A stretch of 64,000 nt of DNA from Epiperipatus broadwayi (taxonomy: Eukaryota > Animalia > Onychophora): NCBI GenBank assembly GCA_028023455.1, contig JAQFVV010000002.1:19654001-19718000 (forward strand), given 5' to 3'. This document shows positions 51,600 to 63,760 of the stretch, one piece after another. Positions within the stretch are counted from its first letter, which is position 1; each line of letters begins with the position of its first letter. The translations under genes were made by a program, and so were the position numbers. Below the pieces are notes generated by a model. That model did no database searches and had not been told where the DNA came from. It worked only from the letters and a program-made list of their open reading frames with translations.

Positions 51600-53420
51600 T
51601 ATATGATTGTCTTGATTTTTCTGATTAATATTATTAGGGGATCTATGCAACTAGAATCAAATAGGAGTGTACATTGCGTCAGCCAAATACTAAACAATAA
51701 GAATGTAACACTCCTTATTTCCACAAAATTGCATGATTTGATGCTTTAAATCATTGTCATTAACAATGTGTTTTTCTCTTTTTATAGATTGAACAAATTA
51801 AGGTTTTACAGGTTTCCAATTTAACACATTTGTCAAAAATGTGTTCAATAGTCTCTTCCTCCCTTCTACACAAAGCACATTTGTCATCAATAGATGTATG
51901 TCCTCTATTTTTTGTCAAAAAACTATCTGTGGGGAGCACATTAAAATTGATTTTATTAAAAAATCTAAATATTTTGGCTCCAGGCACCACCATTTAAATT
52001 TTTTTAAGAAATTAAACTATGGTTATGTTGAGTATTGAACTGATAGGCACAATTGTTTCATAAATGAGGTTATATGCCTCCCAGTATCGAATTTTTGCAG
52101 ATTTAACTTGATCCAGGATTAAATTCACTTTTGTAATTTCAGATAACAAATCAGAGACCCAACACTTCATACTAGGAGGTGAAGTGTCTGTGGGATGCAC
52201 ATCTAATGGATAAAAGTTTTTAGGGATAAGGTTATTAAGTCTGAAAAAAAGATTGAAAGCATGCTGGAGCTGAGAGACCTGCAATGAATGTAGCTCCAGG
52301 CCATTCAATTTGGTAGGACTTTGCATCTTCCCAAGGCTAATTGCAGCAGTCCTGCCCCCTATATGAGCCAAGAACAAATGGAATTAATGTCAGGAATGAA
52401 TTTTTCTGTGAATTTCACAAACGGCATAAAGTAGGTAATCCTGGGGAACAACAACATGTTTAGGAGAGCCATCTTGGCATATAAGGAGGTATAAACCTTA
52501 CCATAATGAACCAATAATCTTGTTAGCAGCTGTCATTTATGGAATTTTGGACCTCTCCTCATTGTGAGCAGGGAAAGGTTAAATGAAAAGCTGAGGAAAT
52601 TTGGGTGGTTTAGCTGAGAAGGGGGAGAGGATGTTGTTCTCTGAGGACAGCCTCCATGCTGCCGATTTCGCTAAGTTGAAACATAATCCTGAATCACTTG
52701 AAAATTGTGTCATTAGTTTTATGAGTCCAGGGATGTATTTACGAGATGGTAAGAACATGGCCAGGCCATTCATGTATGCAATGTGATGGTTGTACTTTTT
52801 GATACTGGAATGAAAACTCCAGATTCTGTTCAGTGGATTTTAGGAAGGAGTTCACATACAAAATGAATGAGAGGGCACTCAGAGGGGAGCCCTGAGGGAT
52901 AAATTTAATAGGGATGAATGATTCAGATAATTTACCAAATATTGAAATTTGCTCATTAATCAGAAGATTAGATATAATATTGATTATCCCAGGAGGAATG
53001 TCCAGTTCGCCAAGCAGCTGAACAAGGTGGGGAATTCTGAAAGAGTCAAACACCCTCACAATGTCCAGTTGCACAACAATGGGCTTAGAATTCCTATGCT
53101 TCCTTGTATATTCTACAATTCATTTGAAGCGGCTATTGGCTGATGTAGAGGATCTTTTTTTGGCAAACTGGAAAATTGATATTTCCAACAGAATCGGATC
53201 CTGGAGTTTATCCCTTATTGTGGATTCAATGATCTTAATTAACACTGGCATCATTGATATGGGACACAGTCTTTTCAACATGTTTGTCATAAAAATTAGC
53301 TACTTTTGCAGAACCAGTAGACACATTCACAGCTTTGTCCTTAAACGTTTCATACTTAGTTCCTTTTTCTGTTGCATGATAATTATCATTAAAATAAACT
53401 TTTCATTGTATGTTCTTAAT
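51600..53420 (-). mobile_element. L1/Tx1-clade LINE ORF2 fragment (RT plus zf-RVT)
   Basis: LDIVRVFDS, IPQGSPLSA, (D)GLAMFL, SGLCFNLAKS, LNMLLFPRI, ISLGKMQSPTKLNGLEL, and C-terminal DKCALCRREEETIEHIFDKC. Confidence 0.85.
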
Positions 53421-54476
53421 TTTAGTTAAAAGATTTTATTATTAAATTTAGAGAAATATATAAATTATCTTTACCAATATACTTGTTTAATAGTTAATAC
53501 CATGGAAATTTTATATAAAAGATTTAAGTGGCAAAGAAAAAAAAGGCCAAATTTCTAAAATATTACATTTTAGTTAGTTACTGCAAATCTATGGGGAAGA
53601 ACTTCTAAAATACGAATTATACTGTATGCCCGTATGAAATAAAGCATATTATTTTTACTAGCAAACTACGGTGCTTTGTGCCAGTATTATTTATTAACAT
53701 TCATATTTTATAAGTTATTTTTAGTGTATTGTATTATTAGTATTTTACAACTAGTATTTGGAATTTATAAGCTTGGTTTGACCAGTTTATTAATTGATAT
53801 TTTTTTCTAATTTTTTTGTTTTTTTATTTCCTTTTGCTGTTTAAGTACTATAAATTTGGCACCATTTTGAATATTAAAAGCCACCCAAATGCTCCACTGA
53901 CACATCATTTATTGCTTGGATTTTGGCTGGGTTTTAAAATTCAAAATGGCATAGAGCACGTACTACAGCAGCACCAAAAATTTTGCTGCATAAGTTGAAA
54001 GATAGACAAAGGAGCTTATGTTACATAAGTAATTTATTTATTTTTCATGGATTGTCTAATGCAGTCATCACAAAATATTCTTTTAAATCTTTCTCTGTAC
54101 CTTTGTTTTGTCAAGTTAGAATGGTTCTCCTTCTATTGGAGTGCTTGCTAATGGATAAATAAATAATTTAAACAATTACTAGCTTTAATTGTTCAGAAAA
54201 ATGTTTATACCACCCAATGCCATATATATATAGCTTTTTAATTTTGTAAACATTTCAACATTATTTCTCCAAAGAGATTATATTGCTGATATCTTAAATT
54301 TAGATCTTTAAAAGCTATGCCATGATGACATATTGAGCATGTGTGAATATGTCCTAAAATAGAGAAAGGACTTAACTATTAAACCTATTTTTAGTCCATA
54401 ATCAAAAATATATTCCTTAACTGCATTTATCACAACTGCTTTTCTGGTGAAATTTCAATTCGAAATATATGAACAG

Positions 54477-54580
54477 TTGTCAAGCGTTGTTAGCCGAGAG
54501 GTCATCGCAGCTGCCTTGCCGTAGTTGTTTGCAGACGGTTGTGGGTTCGCGTCCCGGCCGATGCTATGACATATGGAAAA
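54477..54580 (+). mobile_element. tRNA-derived SINE (family D variant) with 12-bp target-site duplication
   Basis: GTCAAGCGTTGTTAGCCGAGAGG...GTGGGTTCGCGTCCCGGCCGATGCTATGACA. ATATATGAACAG is duplicated at 54465-54476 and 54586-54597. Confidence 0.8.
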
Positions 54581-56159
54581 TATATATATATGAACAGCGT
54601 TTTATATATGTATATTCAGCATAACAACTGGGCTTGAGATTGTGACTATAGTTCGCAAACCAGAACTTCAATAAGGACTAAATTAGGTTTAGAGAAGGAA
54701 TGCAATAGCAGATAGTAAATATTATCCTGTATGGACAGTAAAGCTTACTCGGGAAATTTGTTGTAAAAATTTAAATGAAAAGAAACATTTATTTATTTAT
54801 ATAGTAACTTACTATACTTAAAGATTAATGCATTTCCATAAAATTAAAATGTGTCTTTTTAATAATTTATTTTAATTTAACGTTGATCTTTTTTAAACTT
54901 TTAAATCTTATTCTGTTGCCGTCTGTCTATTCTTCGTGTGATTAACTGCCTTTTTAATTATATATTTTTCATTGTCATGATTTTCACAATTCAATGGTTT
55001 TTAAATGTATTTGTGTCTCAGATGGAGGGAATTTGTTTGTATTTACGTCAATTAATTTCTTTTTATTCAGAAAAAGTACATTAGTAAAAATTAAAATTCT
55101 GCCTTATTTATCGTTATATATATATATCTTTTCATTGAAAAAGTCAATAGATGCGTTGAACAAATAGTTATCCGTAAGAAAATACTTAGAAGCTTTGATG
55201 CGTGCTTATTTGAATTCAAATCTCGTCATAGAAGTAAATCTAATGACACGCTTTTTACATCGTATGTCAATAAAAAAACAAATCCTTTTAAAACTTTAAA
55301 ATAATCCAAGATACATAGTATTATTCTGCACATATGAGAGAAATAAGTGCTGAATAACTTGCTTTTAATCTAATATATCTTTACAACATGTTATAGAATC
55401 TAATCAAACTGGATTTGCATATTAGAAAAAAAGAGTAGGAAAAAAAATCTCATAATTATTTAAATTTTCTACGTTTTTTAAATTTATGCTTTTATTTTTT
55501 TTATTTTATTGGAAATTTAATTTATTATTATTATATTTGGAATAGCTTTCAAAAAAGACCAACCTATTTTTAATGCGCAGGACAAAAAAAAAAAAAACAT
55601 TTCTGAGCACTTAGTAGAATTTGAACTCTTGTAGGAAATAATTCATTACTTTCAAATCGATCACTTAAATCGTATGACTCAAATACATGACAATTTTGTT
55701 GTTTATTTAATTGCTATTGATTTCGAACACAATTTTTAAACATATTTTATTTTCATTTAGTATTTAGCGTTCTAATATTTCTTTGTATGCTGGTATATAT
55801 AAATTGACTTAGTAGTTTACTTATATGTTTTCTGATTAAATTACTGTTTTTTCGTGTACTATGCAACGAATGCACATAAATACAGCGTGTGTGTGTGTTT
55901 TTATCGTTGTCTGATATTTATATTACTCTGAAATTCAAGTATATATATTTACAATAGAATAAATTATTTGCTTTAACTTTTCAAAAAATGCTGACCACTT
56001 GATTAGTTATTTATTAAATAGCAACTTCGTCTCCCTATGAACGATATAAATTTTACTAGCATGAATTTTTTTTTGTTTCTTGATATAGATTTGCTTCTAT
56101 TACTTTTTCAACCTCCAGAGATATTAGTTTTATAATTTTTAAAATTGGATTAGTTTTGA

Positions 56160-56262
56160 CAGCAAGCATTGGTGGTCGAGACGTCGGCGACAGCTGCTTT
56201 ACAGGCAGTTGTCCCGGATTAGCTTCCCGGCTGATGCTATGACACACGAGGAAGAAAAAAAA
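56160..56262 (+). mobile_element. tRNA-derived SINE (family D), T-loop deleted
   Basis: GCATTGGTGGTCGAGACGTCGGCGACAGCTGCTTTACAGGCAGTTGTCCCGGATTAGCTTCCCGGCTGATGCTATGACAC plus an A-tail. Confidence 0.85.
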
Positions 56263-57295
56263 ATAATTTATGGTTCTTTGGATCTTTTTTATAATGAAGC
56301 TGAAAATTCCTTAGAAATGATTTTCTAAAATAATTAACTTCATTAGATTTCAAGAACATATTTCAATCTTATCAAGAGTATGATTGAGTATATTTGAATT
56401 TATAAATGGCTCCAGGGAATCGATTTTGATAATGTTTTTTGTCGATAAAAGTTTTATTTGTTGAATATTTTATTTCTACAAGGATTGCTAAATGTATCAA
56501 CAGGGTTTGTAATTGTGTTCTAATATCATCTTTATCCCTTTTATACCGATTTCTATTTTTTTTTTTAAATTTACTTTTATGTTAAATTTTATTTCTGTCT
56601 TTATTTCTCTGTGCAGTTCATTTTAATTTGTCTTACTTTGACTTGTAATTTTTCATAGATCTTTGAACATTCTTTGGGTTTTTTTTCCCACTTCATATAT
56701 CCTTTCTTTTAATGTCTTTTTCTAAGCTCATTTTTTCTTCCATTTGCCTCTTTTTTTTTTTTTACTTTTTTCTTTATTAACCTTATATTCTTTCTTTATT
56801 TCTCTCATTTTTGCATTTTCCTTTTTTAATTCCTTTCATTTCTCTTTTAATTTTTCTTTTAACTTTTTAGAATTCTCATCTATTTTTGTCAATATCCTAA
56901 TGTTTCTGACTTTCCAACATCTTTTTTGCAGTTTCTTCTTTATCTTGTTCCCTATTTTGTTACAATTTTTTATTGATACTACTTTCTGTCTATTTAGAAT
57001 CAATCGGAAGTTGGTCATTTTCCCATGCGACTTAAGTCTTTTGATATGAGGGATATACCAGTTTGTGTATGTGGGTGTACTATTTATTATGTGTTCAACA
57101 TGTTAAACTACTAATTATATAATCTACACCATGCATTTTTGTTAAGTAGTTAATTGGTGGTGGTGATCATCAAATAATATTATCTGAATAAATTTTTTTT
57201 ATAGAGAGTGTCTTCTTCATTCATATAAGGCAACTTTTGTTTACACTATCTTGGTTTGAGTTTAGATAGAAAAACATGGAAATATAATGAATACC

Positions 57296-57297
57296 AA

Positions 57298-57341
<44 letters not shown>

Positions 57342-57680
57342 GAGATAGTGTGGAGAGTGGTGGATCATGTGAAAGTCTGTGCTCGTACCCTGTCTATTAC
57401 ATATATAGATGCAGGTATATATAAGCCTGTGTATTTCATCTATTATTATTATTATTATTATTATTTTTAAAAACAATACAGATAAATATGATTAAAAAAA
57501 GAAAGCAGATCAAAATTTTAAAAACTTTTCAATTCCCGTTTTCATTTTGATATATATAGTCATAGAAAATAAATTTATTTAATTTAATTTTCTAATTAAA
57601 AATACAAAATTCATATGTAACATATCTTTCCGTTCTGTTATTATTTATGTATAATTATAGCTTATCATTCTTACTAATTC

Positions 57681-57757
<77 letters not shown>
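57296..57757. repeat. Cluster of (ATT)n microsatellites (57296-57340, 57443-57466, 57683-57757) with a family-B terminal fragment at 57340-57430
   Basis: Read directly from the sequence. Confidence 0.9.
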
Positions 57758-57758
<1 letters not shown>

Positions 57759-58444
57759 CGTCGTCATCATCAATTTTTATTTTTTTTCATTTTGAAAAAC
57801 TGTTAACTGTCTTTTTAGTAGTTGTCTGCTGCAAGAAGTTTATACAAATGGAATATATAGTGCAACCATTTTTTTGCATTTTGTTTGATATTCTTCAGAA
57901 TTTATCTGTACCCTGTATCTATTGTATAATGTTACCAAACTTTAATCACAATAGAAATACTTAGAATCAAATGCCTTTTCATATTCTACAAATCCAGTAC
58001 AAAATGACAATGCATACTTTTTAATCCTTTCTATAATCTCTCTTAATCTCTTTATAGGATTAATGTGCCATAGTCAGTTTTAAATTTAACTTGTTTTTTT
58101 TGTTATTGGTTTTTATTTGAAGTCCATTATAGATGTTTATACTGAGTGTATGGGGTAATTATACCAAATTGATAGAAGACTTATTAATTCTGTGATTTTT
58201 AATATCTTTTTGTTTCTCTCATTTCTAAAGTAAACTTTGAGACATTTTTTCTATAATTTTTTACTATTTCACAATTATATTATTACTAGCTATACTGATG
58301 GCTTTGCTTGCATTAATAGAATATAATACATGGCAAAACAATAGATGAGTTATCAACAGGTAAAAATGACCATTGTCATGCATATTTGGAAGTATATTCT
58401 TATTCTTCTCCTTTACTTTCTTTGCATTTCTCATGTATTCATAT

Positions 58445-58670
58445 ATTGCTTACAATAACTCTTCTCATATACACTTTGATGCAAATTTTTTTAATATAAT
58501 TTCTTTATTTTCCTGACAGTTTTGACTGTCTTGCAGTCTTCATCAGAGCATTCTTAATGTCCTCTACTTGATGAAGACTGCAGGACAGTCGAAACTGTCA
58601 GGAAAATAAAGACATTATGGTAAAAAAAATTTGCATTAAAGTGTATATGAAGGGAGTTATTGTAAGCAAT
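58445..58670. mobile_element. Family-E foldback with one hammerhead motif per arm
   Basis: Minus 58511-58550: GCT CTGATGA A GACTG-CAAGA-CAGTC AAAA C T GTC AGGA. Plus 58560-58603: TTGATGA A GACTG-CAGGA-CAGTC GAAA C T GTC AGGA, then AATAAA. Confidence 0.85.
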
Positions 58671-58984
58671 GGTCATGCATATTTATAAGTAGTGTTGTAG
58701 GTCATTTTTATTTGCGATTGATAATTCAGGTATTATTTCATGTAAATATTTTACATTCTTCTATTTTCATAATACAAAAGCTGCAGATCCAATTAGTGAA
58801 ATAATAACACGAGTAATCAACAAAAATGGCCTACAACATTGTTATAAAAATGCATTGCAGTAGCCATTTTTAACTGCTATTGATAACTCATATAATATCA
58901 TTTTATATAAATAGTATTTAAATATATTTCAATTATTAGTTACATTAAGTTTTTTATTCTACTAGCATGAACAAAACTATATAG

Positions 58985-60550
58985 ATAGTATATATATCAT
59001 TCATATATTGAACAGAATGGGTGCTTCTGTAGAAAAATTCACTAAAGCTTTCAAAAGCTTTAATGAAAATTCAATTTAAAAAAATCACTTTCAATTTTTT
59101 TTTTACCAACAGTTGAATTGTTTTTATACATGTAAGGATTGGGAATGAGCTCGACTAACTCATTCTCACATTCTTGTTGATTATAAGAAGTTCAAACAAT
59201 GCTAAGATCTAATTTAAGTTAAAACTTTTAAGAGTGTTAAAAGGATTTGGAAAATAAAAATATATTGATAATGTATTATCTATATTTAAAGTAATCTTAA
59301 ACTGATTAAAATCAGCAATTCAAATTCATTATTTTTTGAATAGAACTACTGTTGACCTTCAATTTATTTACCAACAGTCAAATTGTTTTTATATACGTGG
59401 GATTGTGAATGAATTCGACTAACTCATTCTCGCATTCTCATTGATTATAGGAAATTCAAACAATGTTAAGATCTAATTTACAATTAAAACTTTTAAGAAT
59501 GTTAAAAGAATTTGGAAAGTAAAAATATATTGATAATATATTCTCTGATTTACAGATAAGAGAGTTTCAGATTTTTCTAGATATGTGTAATATATATATA
59601 TATATTAGGCACTATTATGTAAAAGATGTTGTGGCAAGTGAAATAAAAACATTATAAAAAAAGAAGGGTGCTTTCGTTCCTAAAAAAGTCACACTTTGTC
59701 ACTGATATATATCAATGATGAAGTGTGATTTTATTAGGAATGATAATCTTTTTTATAATGTTTTTATTTTACTTGCCGCAATAATTTTCACACAATAGCT
59801 AATATATACATACATCTAGAAAAATATGGAACTCATCAATATTTTTATTTTCTAAATACATTTAACATTCTTGGGTTTTAACTATTAATTACATTTTAGC
59901 ATTATTTGAACTTTTTATAATCAATAAATAATGTGATGGTCAAACTCATTACTTGCCTTATATTAAAACAATTCAACTATTGGTAAAAAAAATTGAAAGG
60001 TAACAGAAATTCCATACAAAAAATAATAAATTTGAATTGTTCATTTTTTTTTTTTATGTTTGACAAAATATTTTAGAGAAAAATATGGAATTCTCTTATC
60101 TGTTAATCAGCATGTGGCTAGTTTAAGTATAGATAATACATTATCAACATATTTTTATCTTCCAAATGCTTTTAACATGCTTAAGCTTTAACTTTAACAT
60201 TGTTTGAACTTCTTATAATCAATGAGTAATGTGATGGTCAAACTCATTATTTGCTTATATAAAAACAATTCAACTATTGGTAAAAAAATTGAAAGTTAAC
60301 AGAAATTCCATAGAAAAAATAATGAGTTTGAATACTTAATTCTTTCTTTTTTATGTTTAGTAAAATAGTTTAGAGAATTTTTTTTTTATTATGTTTGTAT
60401 GTGCAACTTGTTGGCTTGATTTTGTGAGATTGAATATGTATATATTTTAGTGAATTTTTAAAATTGAATTTTAGTTAAAGCTTTTGAACTTTTTAATGAA
60501 TTCTTCTATGGAAGCACTCATTCTGTTCAATACTTGAAACCTTCATCCCT
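58985..60550. repeat. ~1.6-kb imperfect palindrome: X-U-U-[central hairpin 59605-59800]-U'-U'-X'
   Basis: X (58990-59075) inverts 60440-60540. U units (59080-59290, 59350-59545) invert 60135-60380 and 59830-60075. Confidence 0.75.
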
Positions 60551-60609
60551 GATATATATATATTATGCATACAGCTAATGCATAAGATTTGAAATATAGT
60601 AATTCTTAT

Positions 60610-61480
60610 ACTGGGGACTTAATTGTAAATATGGGGGATTTGAACTCAGACTTTTAAGTAACCTTCAACTATCCACACTATCTCATACTACTGATCACAC
60701 ACATGTAGAAAAGATAAATAACCACCAATATATGTATTTCATACTGAACCAGCGCTCATCAGTTGGTCCAGATTATCATCTCTCACACATATATAGAACC
60801 AGTGCTCAGCCTATATTAAGATAGCAAATCTTTATACTTTAATAGGCAGGCTTCAATCTATTCCAACCTCCAATTCTTCAGCCATCCATACCATTGAAAA
60901 TCTGATGATAGAATGCCCAAATTCCATGCTGTTGCTAATATTGTTGTATGAGATAGTGTGGATAATTGAAGGTTGCTTGTTAGTCTGAGTTCAAATTCCC
61001 TATATTTATAATTAAGTTGCAGTTATAAGAATACCTGTATTTCAAATCTTACACATTAAGCCTGCATTCTGCTCATCCCTCTTCTATGTATTTAAATGGG
61101 TACTGTCCTATACATAAGGGGTCAGAGTGACTTGAGGTCAACATGGGCATAACAACAATATTGGCATCAGCATGGGATTTGGGCATTCTATCATTAGATT
61201 GTCAATGATATGGATGGCTGAAATGTTGGAAGTTGGGGTAGATTGAAGCCTGTCCATTAAAAATATAAAGATTTTCTATCTTGATATAGGCTGAGCACTG
61301 ATTGTATATATGTGTAGAAGATGATAATCTGGACCAACTGATGAGTGGTCGTTCAGAACGAAATACATATATTGATGATTATTTATCTTTTCTACATGTG
61401 TGTGGTCATGTGTTCAGTAGTATGAGATAGTGTGGGTAGTTGAAGGTTGCCTTAGTCTGAGTTCAAATCCCCTATATTTA
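60610..61480. repeat. Family-B foldback with an extra internal terminal fragment (60946-61080)
   Basis: Left arm 60610-60945 and right arm 61180-61480 are inverse. The spacer matches 34300-34350. Confidence 0.8.
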
Positions 61481-61656
61481 TAGCTAATATATATATAATA
61501 CAAATAAAATATCCATTAATTAAAAAACTATTGTAATAACAATAAAAATAATAAATATAATGGTAATTAACTATACAGTTATATTTATTATTTTTATTGT
61601 TATATATATATATATATAAACATTTAAAGTCTAAAGCTAAACTAATCAATAATAGA

Positions 61657-62336
61657 ATCAAAAATTACTCCAAATTCATAACTCAACCAGACTAGCCAAA
61701 AAGTGTACACACTCTAAAACATAATTAATGGTTTCACTGCTACAAGCAGACTTCTCAAGTGTAAAGAACTACAAAATAACATATTTAAACTAAACATTAT
61801 CCACAATTCCACTTACATCCTATATACTTTTAATATTAAAATAACTTAAATAAGTAAATTGCTTCAGAACATAAATTTTTAATAATAAAGATTCTTTAAT
61901 TCTTTTTATTTCTTTTCTAGCAAAGAAGATAACCTTTAACCTCATCAAAATTAAATGAAAGAATAAAGGTTAAAAGAAAGAATAAAGGTACATAAATGTA
62001 GAATTAGAAATATGTCTGTTTATATATCTATGGAAAAGATACAGGCCACACTATTAATTTTGATGAGGCTAAGATTGTCTTTTTTGAGAGAACTGAAATA
62101 AAAAGAATTAAAGAATCTTTATTATTAAAAATTTATGATTCTGAAGCAATTAATTTATTTAAAAGTTCTTTTAATATTAAGGATATATTGTGGATAATGT
62201 TTAGTTTAAATATTGTTATTTTGTAATTCTTTACATTTGACAACTCTGCTTATAGCAGTGAAACCATTGGTTGTGCTTTAGAGTTTATATTTTTTTGGTT
62301 AAACTGGTTGAGTTGTGAATGTGGGGTAATTTTGAT
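61657..62336. mobile_element. Penelope-like element 3' end in inverted arrangement: GIY-YIG C-terminus plus HHR-like motif in each arm
   Basis: Plus strand reads RIKVHKCRIRNMSVYI / GKDTGHTINFDEAKIVFFERTEIKRIKESLLLKIYDSEAIN. HHR-like motif at 62234-62275: CAT TTGACAA CT CTGC-TTATA-GCAG T GAAA CC-ATT-GG TT GTG. The arms are ~290 bp. Confidence 0.8.
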
Positions 62337-63149
62337 ATATATATATTGTACTTGCCCAGATTACAGATGTATATTACAGTATATATAAAAAAAGTTTATT
62401 GATCTTATTTAATTTCATTTGAATTGATTTATGGATAATGGAGGTGTTGAAGTATAAATGTTAACTAAGTAAGCATGGCAACCTAATATTTAAAATAATA
62501 TTCTTTATTATTAATATTAGCATCAAATTATAAATTGGTTGCATTCAATTTTAGGGGAAAATATAAATAAGTGAATAAATAAATACTGGAAAATAAGTGA
62601 ATCATAAAATGTATTACTTTAATAAAATCATTATTATTAATTATTATGTGTCCATTTTGTTACTATATTCACGATAATAACTTATTTATTACAAAATTAA
62701 ATATTTGATTTTTCATATATGTTTGTTTACTTATTAGTTTAGTGGGATATATATTTTTAAAAAATATGTATTAAAAATATATATTCAGTAGAAAGTATAG
62801 AAAATGTCATATGAATTCTTTGTTTTTGTTTGAAAATGAAAAAGAAATTGTAAAATGAATTTTTTTAAAATTTTTACTGTATCCAATATTTTTTAATCTT
62901 CATATTTATTTATTAAATGAAGGCAAATTTTATTAGGCTGGATTGAGTTACCATTGAATTCAATTGAACAGTTGCCTTAGTAACATTAATGTCAGCAAAG
63001 AGACGTTATAAATAGAACTGAAATGATTGAACTCCAATTCTTATAACTTTTGTCATTATCCAGAATAGACACTTTTACATTTGTCTTTAAAATTATCAAT
63101 TTTATTTTAAAAGTGATTAATTTCTAAAATAATGGAAGAATAAAAAATT

Positions 63150-63760
63150 AAACTGTCTGCCCATTCACTCGATGACAGTTTGTTGATAAGATTACAAGAA
63201 AAAAAAAAGCTGGCAGAATGTATTATAAAAGAAGAAGAAAAAAGCATCAAAATTCCTTGTATTACATGTAAGCTATAATATATTCCATTATTGAAATTTG
63301 GGATGCCATCTATGCATTAGTAATGAATACAACTCCATGATGTATATATATGGATAGCATATTTTTGATCAAAGAATTTTACAAGATCAATTAATTTAAT
63401 TTCTATGGGATATTAAGTAATTGAAATTTCACTGTATTGACTTGGAAAAATGCTAGAATTATTACTCATTTGGACTGTAACTGAATTTTATCAATGGAAG
63501 AACACCTCATCATATATCATTGCAAATAAAAGTAGAATATAGTGGTGTATAATGTTGCCTCATCAAACTAACTACTCTTTATAAAATAAATTGGACATGT
63601 ATTTGAATAAAAAGGAAAGGTATTGGAATAATAGATCCTCAGTTATTATTACTATTTATGCTTGTCTTTTCTCTACTTCAAGAAGAATCATTTTTTTGCA
63701 TTTAAATCAGAAACAAGGAAACCAAGAGCTACAATGGAACAGTGGGCAAAAGTAAAAGTG
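63150..63760 (+). pseudogene. PIF/Harbinger (ISL2EU-like) DDE transposase relic
   Basis: Frameshifted RIITHLDC(N)/TEFYQWKNTSS and KGIGIIDP/VIITIYACLFSTS match the IIDCTEF...PS and GLIGI.P.G.I.F.S..Y.G motifs. Confidence 0.5.

Noticed and set aside
57647-57964. 105-aa ORF with a poly-Leu run (also the poly-Ile ORFs at 57246 and 28691)
   Set aside because: These are products of (ATT)n microsatellites.
59660-59745. TGATGAAGTG...GGAACGAAAG in the central hairpin as a hammerhead
   Set aside because: It must be assembled from both arms, with only a 2-bp stem II and no cleavage triplet or stem I.
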